A DNA stretch of 64,000 nt, from contig JACRBX010000202.1 in the NCBI GenBank assembly GCA_016219225.1, positions 741 to 64,740 on the forward strand, given 5' to 3'. Positions within the stretch are counted from its first letter, which is position 1. Each line of letters begins with the position of its first letter. Of this stretch, positions 18,038-26,831 are shown in pieces. Below the pieces are notes generated by a model that worked only from the letters and a program-made list of their open reading frames with translations, made no database searches and was not told the origin of the DNA. Source of the stretch: Deltaproteobacteria bacterium. GTDB lineage: Bacteria > Desulfobacterota > RBG-13-43-22. The position numbers and the translations under genes are program-made.

Positions 18038-19486
18038 ATGGGTAAGATCGGAATCCAATTATGCGGCAGTTATTTGCCCAAGTATAGAATAGATCGAAAT
18101 CTTATCGCAGCCAGTTGGGGCCGCTCCTCCCTGGGTGGGGAACGAACCGTGGCCAATAATGACGAAGATGCCATTACCCTGGCGGTCGAGGCGGCCCGCA
18201 ATTGCCTGCATGGCGACAGCCTGGAAAAAATTGACGGACTATTTTTTGCTACCACCAGCGCTCCCTATAAAGAAAAGATGAATTCGGCGGTTATGGCCTC
18301 GGCCCTGGATCTGAACCGGGAACTGGTGACGGCCGATTTCGGTTATTCCTTACGAGCAGGCACCGGGGCCTTGAAAGCAGCCTTGGATTCAGTCCGGTGC
18401 GGTTCGGCCCGAAGAGCTTTGGTCACTGCTGCCGACTGTCGACTGGGCTACCCCAGGTCGGACCAGGAGCAGAGTTTCGGGGACGGGGCGGCGGCTGTCT
18501 TAATCGGAGACCAAGATCTTCTGGCAACCCTTGAGGGGGAATACTCGATCTGTAATGAAATGCATGATGTCTGGAGAAATCCGGAAGATACCTTTGTCCG
18601 CACCTGGGAAAGCCGCTTTATCCTGGGTGAGGGTTATACCAATACCATGAGCGAAGTCGTCCGGGGGATTTTAAAAAAATATGGGCTGGAACCGAAGGAC
18701 ATCACCAGGGCCGTTTTCCCGGCCCCGGACCCAAGGACCCTTCAGGGGTTGGCCAAAAAATTGGGGTTTGATATGAAAACCCAGGTCCAGGACCCTTTGA
18801 TTTCCTCCATAGGCTATTGTGGGGCGGCCCAAGCCTTACTGATGCTGGTGGCTGCTTTGGAAGAAGCCGAACCGGGAGATTTACTGCTGCTGGCCAATTA
18901 TGCCGATGGCGCCGACGCCCTGCTTTTCAGGGCGACCGGGGAAATCGGCCAAAGGAGCAGCCAACGGAAATTGCAAACACTCCTGGAGCAAAAGTTAATG
19001 CTCTCTTCCTATGCCCGTTTCTTAAGTTATAAGGGACTGATCGAGACCCTTCCCGGGGAACCCTTTCGCCTGTTTCCATCGGCCACGGCAACCTGGCGGG
19101 AAGCCGGCAGCATCCTCAGGGGACATGGCAGCCGCTGCCAGGCCTGCGGCAAGACGACTTTTCCGATTCAACGGATTTGCTACCATTGCCAATCAAAGGA
19201 TCAATTCGTAGAAGTACCCATTTCCAATTATCAGGGGGAAGTTTTTACCTTTTCATTAGATAACCTGGCCGGCCGGAGCGACGACCCGGTGGTGATCCAG
19301 ACCATTGCCGATCTGGGGGAAGAGAAAGTCCGCTTTTACGGCATGATGACCGACTGTAATCCGTCGGTAGTCCAGATAGGGATGCCGGTGGAACTGACCT
19401 TTCGAAGGATTTATGACGGCATGGGCATACATAACTATTTTTGGAAATTGCGGCCGGTGAACAAGGAGGACGTGACCAATGGGTAG
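18038..19486 (+). CDS. HMG-CoA-synthase/FabH-fold protein fused to a C-terminal DUF35 (Zn-ribbon plus OB-fold) domain. The nucleophilic Cys is apparently replaced.
   Basis: Conserved FGDGAAAVLIG and GTES-like ATTSAPYKEK motifs. The position aligning to the HMGCS NACYGGT Cys reads SLRAGTG. C-terminal CQACGKTTF...CYHCQS zinc ribbon. Confidence 0.8.
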   Translation: MGKIGIQLCGSYLPKYRIDRNLIAASWGRSSLGGERTVANNDEDAITLAVEAARNCLHGDSLEKIDGLFFATTSAPYKEKMNSAVMASALDLNRELVTADFGYSLRAGTGALKAALDSVRCGSARRALVTAADCRLGYPRSDQEQSFGDGAAAVLIGDQDLLATLEGEYSICNEMHDVWRNPEDTFVRTWESRFILGEGYTNTMSEVVRGILKKYGLEPKDITRAVFPAPDPRTLQGLAKKLGFDMKTQVQDPLISSIGYCGAAQALLMLVAALEEAEPGDLLLLANYADGADALLFRATGEIGQRSSQRKLQTLLEQKLMLSSYARFLSYKGLIETLPGEPFRLFPSATATWREAGSILRGHGSRCQACGKTTFPIQRICYHCQSKDQFVEVPISNYQGEVFTFSLDNLAGRSDDPVVIQTIADLGEEKVRFYGMMTDCNPSVVQIGMPVELTFRRIYDGMGIHNYFWKLRPVNKEDVTNG

Positions 19487-20666
19487 CATAAAAGATAAAG
19501 TGGCCATTATCGGTATGGGCTGCTCCAAGTTCGGGGAGCGGTGGGATATGGGGGCTGTGGATTTGGCCATCGAGGCGGTGTACGAGGCTTACGGCGATGC
19601 CGGCATAGAGGCCAAGGACCTGGAGGCCTGTTGGCTTTCCACCTTGATGGCCCCGGTCATCGGTGTTTCCGGTTCCCTGGCCGCCGATGGATTGAAGCTG
19701 GGGAACATCCCGGTTATCCGCAATGAAAACTGGTGTACCTCCGGACACATCGCCCTTCTGGAGGCCTGTATGGCCGTGGCCAGCGGGGCCTATGATCTGG
19801 TCATGGCCTTGGGCGTGGAGAAACTGAAAGATACGGGATTTCCCGGACTGGGTACGGGGAGGGGGATGCATCCGGTTTATGAGGCCCGCCGGACTTCTCC
19901 CGGTTCTTTTGGGTTGATTGCCGAGCGCTATTTCAAGACCTATGGAATACCCATGGAAGAGGGCAAGATAACCATGGCCAAGATCGAAGTCAAAAATCAC
20001 GATAACGGCAGTCTCTGCCCCAAGGCCCATTTCAGAAACCAGATCACCGTGGATACAGTGCTTAAGGCCCCCATCATCGCCTGGCCATTAGGACTTTTTG
20101 ATTGTTGCGGAAACAGCGACGGAGCGGCCTGTGCCATCATTACCACCCCTGAAAAGGCCAGGTCCTTCCGGGCCGATCCGATTTACCTCAAAGGCTTCGG
20201 TATCTCGACCGATGCCATGATTCCTCATTTCAGGCCCGATTTCAGTTGGACCAGTTTTAATGCCCTGGTCAACTCATCCCGGAAGGCCTATGAAATGGCC
20301 GGGATCAAAAATCCCCGGGAAGAACTCAGTCTGGCCGAGGTCCACGACTGCTTTTCCATTACCGAGTTGCTGATCTATGAAGATTTCGGCTTCAGTCCCA
20401 GGGGCAGGGCCAAAGAGGACGTGGACTCCGGGTTTTTTACCCGCCAGGGGGGATTGCCGGTTAATGTCGACGGCGGGTTGAAGTGTTTCGGACATCCGGT
20501 CGGGGCCAGCGGATTGCGCATGACCTATGAGGTCTATAAACAATTACAGGGCAAGGCGGATCTGCCTGAACGGCAGATCAAGAACCCCAGGCTGGGTCTG
20601 GCCCATACCTTCGGCGGACCGCCCCAGATTAGCGCCGTGGCCATTTTGGGGAATGAAAGAGGATGA
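19479..20666 (+). CDS. SCP-x/archaeal-type thiolase (nucleophilic Cys present in NWCTSG)
   Basis: VAIIGMGCSKFGE N-terminus and a GHPVGASGLRM motif. Start overlaps the upstream gene by 8 nt, consistent with a thiolase/HMGCS-like/DUF35 complex. Confidence 0.85.
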   Translation: MGSIKDKVAIIGMGCSKFGERWDMGAVDLAIEAVYEAYGDAGIEAKDLEACWLSTLMAPVIGVSGSLAADGLKLGNIPVIRNENWCTSGHIALLEACMAVASGAYDLVMALGVEKLKDTGFPGLGTGRGMHPVYEARRTSPGSFGLIAERYFKTYGIPMEEGKITMAKIEVKNHDNGSLCPKAHFRNQITVDTVLKAPIIAWPLGLFDCCGNSDGAACAIITTPEKARSFRADPIYLKGFGISTDAMIPHFRPDFSWTSFNALVNSSRKAYEMAGIKNPREELSLAEVHDCFSITELLIYEDFGFSPRGRAKEDVDSGFFTRQGGLPVNVDGGLKCFGHPVGASGLRMTYEVYKQLQGKADLPERQIKNPRLGLAHTFGGPPQISAVAILGNERG

Positions 20667-20674
20667 AAAAAACA

Positions 20675-20817
20675 GGCTATGGGCAATAGGCGATAGGCAA
20701 TAGGCGAGCGGGAATAAGGGTTAACAGCACAAGATATCCGGTAGGTGGGTTTTCGTTAAACCTAAAACCTTCGATCCCCCGTCCCTGCCCATAGCCTATA
20801 GCCCATTGCCTCTTGCC
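20675..20817. repeat. Inverted pair of tandem short-period repeats (ggctatgggcaataggcgataggcaataggcg ... gcccatagcctatagcccattgcc) flanking about 65 nt. Potential long stem-loop.
   Basis: Seen directly. A related ctatagcc tandem repeat lies at 50991..51033. Confidence 0.7.
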
Positions 20818-20845
20818 AAATACCTATTTCAGGAGGAAAACTTAG

Positions 20846-21988
20846 ATGGATTTTGAAATAAGCGAAGAGAATCGGATGTTCCGGGAGGCCATCCGGGAAT
20901 TTGCCGAAAGAGAGATCGTCCCTTTGGTAGATGAAGCCGAGGCGACACACACTTTTCCCATACAACTCTTTAAGAAAATGGGCGAACAGGCTTTTTTATG
21001 CCCCCGGTATCCCCTGGAGATGGGAGGGGGCGGCGGAGATAAGATCACCGAATGCATCATGGTGGAAGAGCTCTGCCGCATCGATGTGGGTATTGCCGGC
21101 AGCCTGATGGTCCAGAGTGGCTTGGCAACGGCCCCGATTTTCCGTTTCGGGTCCGAGGAACAAAAAGAGCGCTTTCTTTTGCCGGCCATTCGGGGGGAAA
21201 AGATCGGGGCTTTCGGGCTGACCGAACCGGATGTGGGCTCAGACGCTGCGGCCATAAAAACCAAAGCGGTCAAGGATGGCAATGACTATATCATCAACGG
21301 GACCAAGATGTTTATCACCAACGGGCCTATCTGTGATTACGTGATCGTGGCCGCCTATACCGATCCTACCCGGAGGGGGGAAGGGATCAACCTGTTTATC
21401 GTCGAAAAAGGCACCCCGGGATTTCTGGTTTCCCGCAAGCTGGACAAAGTGGGCAACTGCTCTGCCGAGACCGGAGAACTGGTCTTTGAGGATTGCCGGG
21501 TGTCGGCCAAAAACATGATCGGAGAAAAAGAAGGGGGCGGCTTTGCCCAGTTGGCCGATACCCTGATCTCGGGCCGCATCACTTACGGGGCCCGCTGTAC
21601 CGGCACCGGGCAGGCCGCTTACGAATTAACGGCCAAATATGCCAAAGAGCGCATCCAATTCGGAAAACCGATCGGAAAATACCAGATCAACCGTTTCCGC
21701 ATTGCCGAAATGGCCATGTATCTGGATATCATGCGCAGCTATACCTATCGGGTGGCCTGGATGTACGACCAGGGGAAGAAGGTCCGCAAAGAGTCCTCCA
21801 TGGTTAAATTGTTCACCGCTGAAATTCTCCAGAAGATCCTGGCCGATGCTATGCAGATCCATGGGGGCTACGGCTATATGATGGAGTACCCCATTCAGCG
21901 TTTCTGGCGGGACGGACGGCTCTTTACCGTCACGGAAGGCACTTCCGAGATTCAGCATCTGGTTATTGCCAATGAGTTGGGGTTGTAA
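20846..21988 (+). CDS. Acyl-CoA dehydrogenase
   Basis: ACAD domains with a C-terminal RIQFGKPIGKYQ motif. AGGAGG RBS. Confidence 0.9.
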   Translation: MDFEISEENRMFREAIREFAEREIVPLVDEAEATHTFPIQLFKKMGEQAFLCPRYPLEMGGGGGDKITECIMVEELCRIDVGIAGSLMVQSGLATAPIFRFGSEEQKERFLLPAIRGEKIGAFGLTEPDVGSDAAAIKTKAVKDGNDYIINGTKMFITNGPICDYVIVAAYTDPTRRGEGINLFIVEKGTPGFLVSRKLDKVGNCSAETGELVFEDCRVSAKNMIGEKEGGGFAQLADTLISGRITYGARCTGTGQAAYELTAKYAKERIQFGKPIGKYQINRFRIAEMAMYLDIMRSYTYRVAWMYDQGKKVRKESSMVKLFTAEILQKILADAMQIHGGYGYMMEYPIQRFWRDGRLFTVTEGTSEIQHLVIANELGL

Positions 21989-22000
21989 GGGATGAAATAA

Positions 22001-22031
22001 AGTTTGGAGTTCGGTGTTCGGAGTTCGGAGT
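22001..22031. repeat. Family C tandem repeat (agttcgga 8-mers)
   Basis: Other copies at 38196, 45041, 50548, 52384, 52535 (inverted) and 61233/61271. Confidence 0.75.
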
Positions 22032-22088
22032 AAAAACTGAAAAGTAATCAACATTATTTTAGAACTAAACCAAAGGAGGATCAAAGAA

Positions 22089-23297
22089 ATGAAAGAAGCA
22101 AAGCATTGTATGAAAAGCAGCCTGGGCATTTTTTGTTTATGTTTCTTCATCGGAATTTTCTTTCTGACCCCGCTGGTCTGTTCTGCGGCCGAAAAAGTCC
22201 TTAAGATCGGGGCGATTTTCCCGTTGTCCGGGAAAGGGGCGGTCTGGGGTATTGCCGCCCAGAGGGCTATAACCATTGTCCAGAAGGAGATTAATGGCCG
22301 GGGTGGTTTGAATGTGGCTGGTGATAAATACCGTTTGGAGATTATTTGGGAGGACGATAAGTTTAATGCCGCCACCGGCCGGATGGCTGCAGAAAAACTG
22401 GTCAACCGGGACGGGGTGAAATTTATCCTGGGTTCTCAATCTTCCGCGGTCCTGTTGGCCGTTCAGCCCATTACGGAGCCCAAAAAAATTCTTTTTTTCC
22501 TCAATTCCTTTGCCAAAGAGGTCCTGTCTCCGGATAAACCCTACAGCTACCGCATGGTCCTGACCTCCAATGAGATCCTGCCGGCCATGTATCCCTGGCT
22601 GGTCAAAAATTATCCGAAAGCAAAGACCGTGGCCTTTATCGAGCCCAATGATGCCAGCGGCTGGTCGGTGGAGAAGGACTGCCGACGGAACGCCGAAAAG
22701 AACAATCTCAAAATCGTCTTCTCCCAATTTTATGAACGGGGGACCTCGGATTTCTATCCCCTCCTGAATAAACTCATCCTCCAGAATCCGGATGTCATCG
22801 ACTTTACCGGTGCCCCTCCTGGTGATCAGGCCCTGATCGTCAAACAGGCCCGGGAGTTGGGTTTCAAAGGCAAGACCTTTGCGGCGACGACCATCGACCC
22901 GCCAGAATTCTGCAAGATCGCCGGGACTCAGAATGCCGAAGGCCATATCAGCAATACCCATGATCTGTTGGGGGCCTTTAATACGGAAGCCCAAAAAAAG
23001 TATGTTGAGGATTACCTGGCCCAGTTTGGAAAACCATTCGATCCGGTAACGCCCAAGTATACCCTCTACCTGGAGATCCTGGCCCAGGCCATTGAAAAAG
23101 CCGGAAGTCTGGATACGACCAAGGTGAAAGAGATACTGGATAAGACGGAGGAATGGAATTCAATTTATGGGAAGGCCCGATTCGGGGGCAAGGAATACTA
23201 CGGGATCAAACACCAGATCGTCACCCCGGTCTATATCTCCGAACTGATTAACGGGAAATTGGTCAACCGGGGCACCATGATGCCGGTCATTCATTAA
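22089..23297 (+). CDS. ABC transporter substrate-binding protein, LivK/type-I PBP family
   Basis: Signal peptide followed by KIGAIFPLSGKGAVWG...EINGRGG. AAGGAGG RBS. Followed by permease and ATPase genes. Confidence 0.9.
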   Translation: MKEAKHCMKSSLGIFCLCFFIGIFFLTPLVCSAAEKVLKIGAIFPLSGKGAVWGIAAQRAITIVQKEINGRGGLNVAGDKYRLEIIWEDDKFNAATGRMAAEKLVNRDGVKFILGSQSSAVLLAVQPITEPKKILFFLNSFAKEVLSPDKPYSYRMVLTSNEILPAMYPWLVKNYPKAKTVAFIEPNDASGWSVEKDCRRNAEKNNLKIVFSQFYERGTSDFYPLLNKLILQNPDVIDFTGAPPGDQALIVKQARELGFKGKTFAATTIDPPEFCKIAGTQNAEGHISNTHDLLGAFNTEAQKKYVEDYLAQFGKPFDPVTPKYTLYLEILAQAIEKAGSLDTTKVKEILDKTEEWNSIYGKARFGGKEYYGIKHQIVTPVYISELINGKLVNRGTMMPVIH

Positions 23298-23307
23298 AGG
23301 GCGATTA

Positions 23308-24165
23308 ATGAGTTTCCCATTTTTTATACAGGTCCTGGTCAACGGGCTGATGCTGGGGCTGACCTATGCCTTAATTGCTTCCGGCTTCAGCCTGATCTAT
23401 GGCATCATGCGGCTGTTAAACTTTGCCCATGGCGATTTTTATATGTTAGGGGCCTTCGCCACCTACCTCCTGTGTGAACGGTTAGGGATGGATTATTTTT
23501 CAGCCCTGTTGCTGAGCATGGTCCTGGTTGCCCTTCTGGGAGTCATCACCTATCATTTCTTCTTCCGGCCCTTCCGGGATCAACACGACCCCAGTGTGGT
23601 CATCGCCCTGGGCGTGGCCATGTTGATCGGCGGCCTGGCTCCTCTGGTCTTCGGAGAGAAGGACCAGTCCGTAACGCCGGTCTTTTCAGGGGTTGTCCGG
23701 TTTTTAGGGGCCACCCTTTCCCTGGAGAGGATCTTTGTCATTGCCATGGCCATTGTCCTGATGATCGCTTTAACCTTGTTTATTAAATTCACCAAAATGG
23801 GACAATCCATGCGGGCCGTGGCCCAGGATCAGGAAGCGGCCGCCCTCCAGGGCATCGGGGTCAATTCCACCTTCATGATGTGCATGGCCATCAGTTCCGC
23901 CCTGGCCGGGGCCGCCGGGTCCCTGCTGGCCCCCCTTTTTGTGGTCAATCCTTTCATCGGCACCCATGCCGTGCTCAAGGCCCTGGTTGTGGTGGTCATC
24001 GGCGGGATGGGCAGCATCCCCGGAGCGATTGCCGGGGGTCTTCTCTTGGGATTTGTAGAAAGTATCGGGAACACCTTTTTAGGCGGGGTAACGGAGATCC
24101 TGGGCTTTGTGATCGTTATGCTGGTCCTGATCTTTAAGCCCCAGGGACTGTTCGGCCATGGGTAA
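23308..24165 (+). CDS. ABC transporter permease, LivH-like
   Basis: Polytopic membrane protein with a C-terminal LGFVESIG signature. Confidence 0.9.
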   Translation: MSFPFFIQVLVNGLMLGLTYALIASGFSLIYGIMRLLNFAHGDFYMLGAFATYLLCERLGMDYFSALLLSMVLVALLGVITYHFFFRPFRDQHDPSVVIALGVAMLIGGLAPLVFGEKDQSVTPVFSGVVRFLGATLSLERIFVIAMAIVLMIALTLFIKFTKMGQSMRAVAQDQEAAALQGIGVNSTFMMCMAISSALAGAAGSLLAPLFVVNPFIGTHAVLKALVVVVIGGMGSIPGAIAGGLLLGFVESIGNTFLGGVTEILGFVIVMLVLIFKPQGLFGHG

Positions 24166-25099
24166 GCGCAAATTGGGGTATCTGATTTTATTCATTCTCC
24201 TGGCGGCTTTTCCGATCTTCAACCAGGATCCTTTTATATTACACATCCTGATTACCACCGGGATCTGGGCGACTTCCGTCTGGGGGGTCAGACTGATCAT
24301 GTCCACCGGACAGTTGACCCTGGGACATGCCGCCTATATGGCCGTAGGGGCCTATGCCTCGGCTCTATTGGTCATGAAGGCCGGGTTTTCCTTCTGGCTG
24401 GCCCTGCCGCTGGCCGGCCTGATCGCGGCCCTGGTGGCGCTTTTGATCGGCTATCCGACCTTGCGTATCAAAGGGGTTTATTTTGCCATCATCACCTTTG
24501 CCTTTGCCGAGATCGTCCGCTTGATCATCGTCAACTGGCCCGGTTTTTTAGGGGGGTCCGGCGGGATTCCCGGTATCCCCTCTCCCTCCCCTTTTTTTTC
24601 CATCCCTTTCAGCGGCCGGGTCCCTTTCTACTATCTGATTTTATTTATATCACTAGTGACCTTTCTGGTCATGAGGGGTATTGATAAAAGCCGGATCGGA
24701 AAAATTTTTTCAGCCATTCACGAAAGCGACGATCTGTCCCAATCCTTTGGTATCAATATAATGAAATACAAACTGATTGCCTTCTGTCTGGGCTGTTTTT
24801 TCGCCGGGTTGAGTGGAAGTTTTTACGTCCATTACTATAATTTTGCCAGTCCGGAGTTTTTTACCATCTGGCAATCCGTTTATTGCCTCCTTTTTGTCAT
24901 CGTCGGAGGGGTCGGCGGTGTTTTCGGACCCCTTTTGGGCTCATTTTTTATGACCCTGGTGCCTGAATTTTTACGGGAAACCAAGGAATATGAACCGGTG
25001 ATTTACGCCGTTATTCTGATCCTGGTCATGTTTTTGCTGCCCGGAGGATTGATTACGCTGCCGGCGCGGTTGGGAAGAAAAAAAGGCCACAAAGAATGA
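24158..25099 (+). CDS. ABC transporter permease, LivM-like
   Basis: Hydrophobic protein that overlaps the upstream permease gene. Confidence 0.9.
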   Translation: MGKRKLGYLILFILLAAFPIFNQDPFILHILITTGIWATSVWGVRLIMSTGQLTLGHAAYMAVGAYASALLVMKAGFSFWLALPLAGLIAALVALLIGYPTLRIKGVYFAIITFAFAEIVRLIIVNWPGFLGGSGGIPGIPSPSPFFSIPFSGRVPFYYLILFISLVTFLVMRGIDKSRIGKIFSAIHESDDLSQSFGINIMKYKLIAFCLGCFFAGLSGSFYVHYYNFASPEFFTIWQSVYCLLFVIVGGVGGVFGPLLGSFFMTLVPEFLRETKEYEPVIYAVILILVMFLLPGGLITLPARLGRKKGHKE

Positions 25100-25100
25100 A

Positions 25101-25232
25101 AATATCGAATAACGAATAATGAATGTCGAAGGAAATAAAAGCGAGGTTCAATGTTCAACGTTGAACCTTAAACCGAAACCTTGAGTCTTTGTTACTTCAT
25201 GATTCGAAATTCGGTGTTCGATATTCGATATT
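25101..25232. repeat. Family D unit (aatatcgaataacgaataatgaatgtcgaag) and its inverted copy (cttcatgattcgaaattcggtgttcgatattcgatattcg) flanking a central perfect palindrome ggttcaatgttcaacgttgaacc (25145-25167)
   Basis: Seen directly. MITE-like architecture. Confidence 0.75.
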
Positions 25233-25262
25233 CGTATTTTTGATCCAAGGATTCAAAAATCG

Positions 25263-26027
25263 ATGCTCTTAACTATCGAAAATGTAACCAAAAACTTCGG
25301 CGGGCTGGCGGCCCTTTGGAATTTGAGTTTCCAGGTTAATGAAGGGGAAATCCTTGGGCTGCTGGGACCCAATGGTTCGGGCAAGACTACGCTTTTTAAT
25401 GTGGTCAGCGGATTTTTTTCCCCTTCGGCCGGCCGGGTCTTTTTTAATGGCCGGGATATTACCGGATTTCGGCCCAACAAGATCGCCCAATTCGGTTTGG
25501 TACGCACCTTTCAAGGAACCAATCTATTCAAGAACCGGACGGTTTGGGAAAATGTGGTTATTGCCCACCACCTGATGATCAAGGCCAATTTCCTGGAACT
25601 TCTTCTAAACCAAGTGCGGGCCAAAACAAGTGAAGCAGCCGTCGAGAGGCACAGCAAGGAAATCCTGGAGTATCTGGGCCTTTTAGCCGTCAGGGAAGAT
25701 CTGGCCCATAATCTGCCCCATGGCCTTCAGCGGGCCTTGGGGGTGGCCATTGCCCTGGCGGCCCAGCCCCGGTTGCTGCTGCTGGACGAGCCTCTGACCG
25801 GAATGAACCCGGAGGAGTCCCGAAGGTTTATCGATTTGATTCGGGGTCTGCGGGACAGGGGGATCACCCTGATGATCGTGGAACACGATATGAAGGCCAT
25901 CATGGGTGTCAGTGACCGGATAGTCGTCCTTAATTATGGACAAAAGATCGCTGAAGGTCCTCCCCAGGAGATCCAACGGGACCCCAAGGTAATTGAGGCC
26001 TATCTGGGAAGCGAGGTTCCGGTATGA
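25263..26027 (+). CDS. ABC transporter ATP-binding protein, LivG-like
   Basis: Walker A GPNGSGKTT and an LLLDEP signature. Confidence 0.9.
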   Translation: MLLTIENVTKNFGGLAALWNLSFQVNEGEILGLLGPNGSGKTTLFNVVSGFFSPSAGRVFFNGRDITGFRPNKIAQFGLVRTFQGTNLFKNRTVWENVVIAHHLMIKANFLELLLNQVRAKTSEAAVERHSKEILEYLGLLAVREDLAHNLPHGLQRALGVAIALAAQPRLLLLDEPLTGMNPEESRRFIDLIRGLRDRGITLMIVEHDMKAIMGVSDRIVVLNYGQKIAEGPPQEIQRDPKVIEAYLGSEVPV

Positions 26028-26743
26028 CCCAACTATCCTGGTTTTCTTTGCAGAACCTGAAGGTTTCTTACGGAGCCGCCCCGGCCCTGAAGGGAATCTC
26101 CTTACAAGTCGAGACTGGGAATATCGTTACCCTCATCGGGTCGAATGGCGCCGGAAAAAGCACGACCTTACGGGCTATATCCGGATTGGTCCCCCTGGCA
26201 GAAGGGGAGATTTTTTTTGAAGGAAAAAAGATTCATGGTCTTTCTCCACAGGAAATTGTCCATCGCGGAATCGCCCATGTCCCTGAAGGCAGAAGGGTCT
26301 TCCCGTTCATGACCGTTCTCGAAAATCTGAAAATGGGGGCTTTTCGCCGCAAGGATAAGAAAGAGATCCGGATGGACCTGGAAAAGCTCTTTGAGCACTT
26401 TCCGGTTTTGCGGGACAGACAGGCTCAAAGGGCCGGGAGTCTCAGTGGAGGAGAACAACAGATGCTGGCCATTGGCCGGGCCTTGATGTCCCAACCGCGG
26501 TTACTCCTTTTAGATGAACCTTCCATGGGTTTGGCTCCCATAATGGTCCAGGAATTAAGCCGGATAATCATCGAGATCAACCAGAGGAATGTGGGTATCA
26601 TCATCGTTGAGCAAAATGCCCAAATGGCCCTGCGCCTGGCCCATCAGGCCTATGTGTTGGAAACGGGATCGGTTGTTTTGGAAGGAAAGGCTTCGGACCT
26701 GATCCATGATGAACACATCCGAAAGGCGTATTTGGGGGGATGA
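26024..26743 (+). CDS. ABC transporter ATP-binding protein, LivF-like
   Basis: GSNGAGKST and an LSGGEQQMLAIGRAL signature. Confidence 0.9.
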   Translation: MTQLSWFSLQNLKVSYGAAPALKGISLQVETGNIVTLIGSNGAGKSTTLRAISGLVPLAEGEIFFEGKKIHGLSPQEIVHRGIAHVPEGRRVFPFMTVLENLKMGAFRRKDKKEIRMDLEKLFEHFPVLRDRQAQRAGSLSGGEQQMLAIGRALMSQPRLLLLDEPSMGLAPIMVQELSRIIIEINQRNVGIIIVEQNAQMALRLAHQAYVLETGSVVLEGKASDLIHDEHIRKAYLGG

Positions 26744-26747
26744 AAGA

Positions 26748-26816
26748 AAGGTACAAGGTATAAGGTGCAGGGTGTAAGGTAAAATCTCAAACCTTAAACC
26801 CTCAACCTAGAACCTT
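26748..26816. repeat. Family G: aaggt-period tandem repeat and its inverted copy (caaggtataaggtgcagggtgtaaggt ... accttaaaccctcaacctagaacctt)
   Basis: A related copy lies at 52338..52375. Confidence 0.7.
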
Positions 26817-26831
26817 TTTTAGGGGGGACTT

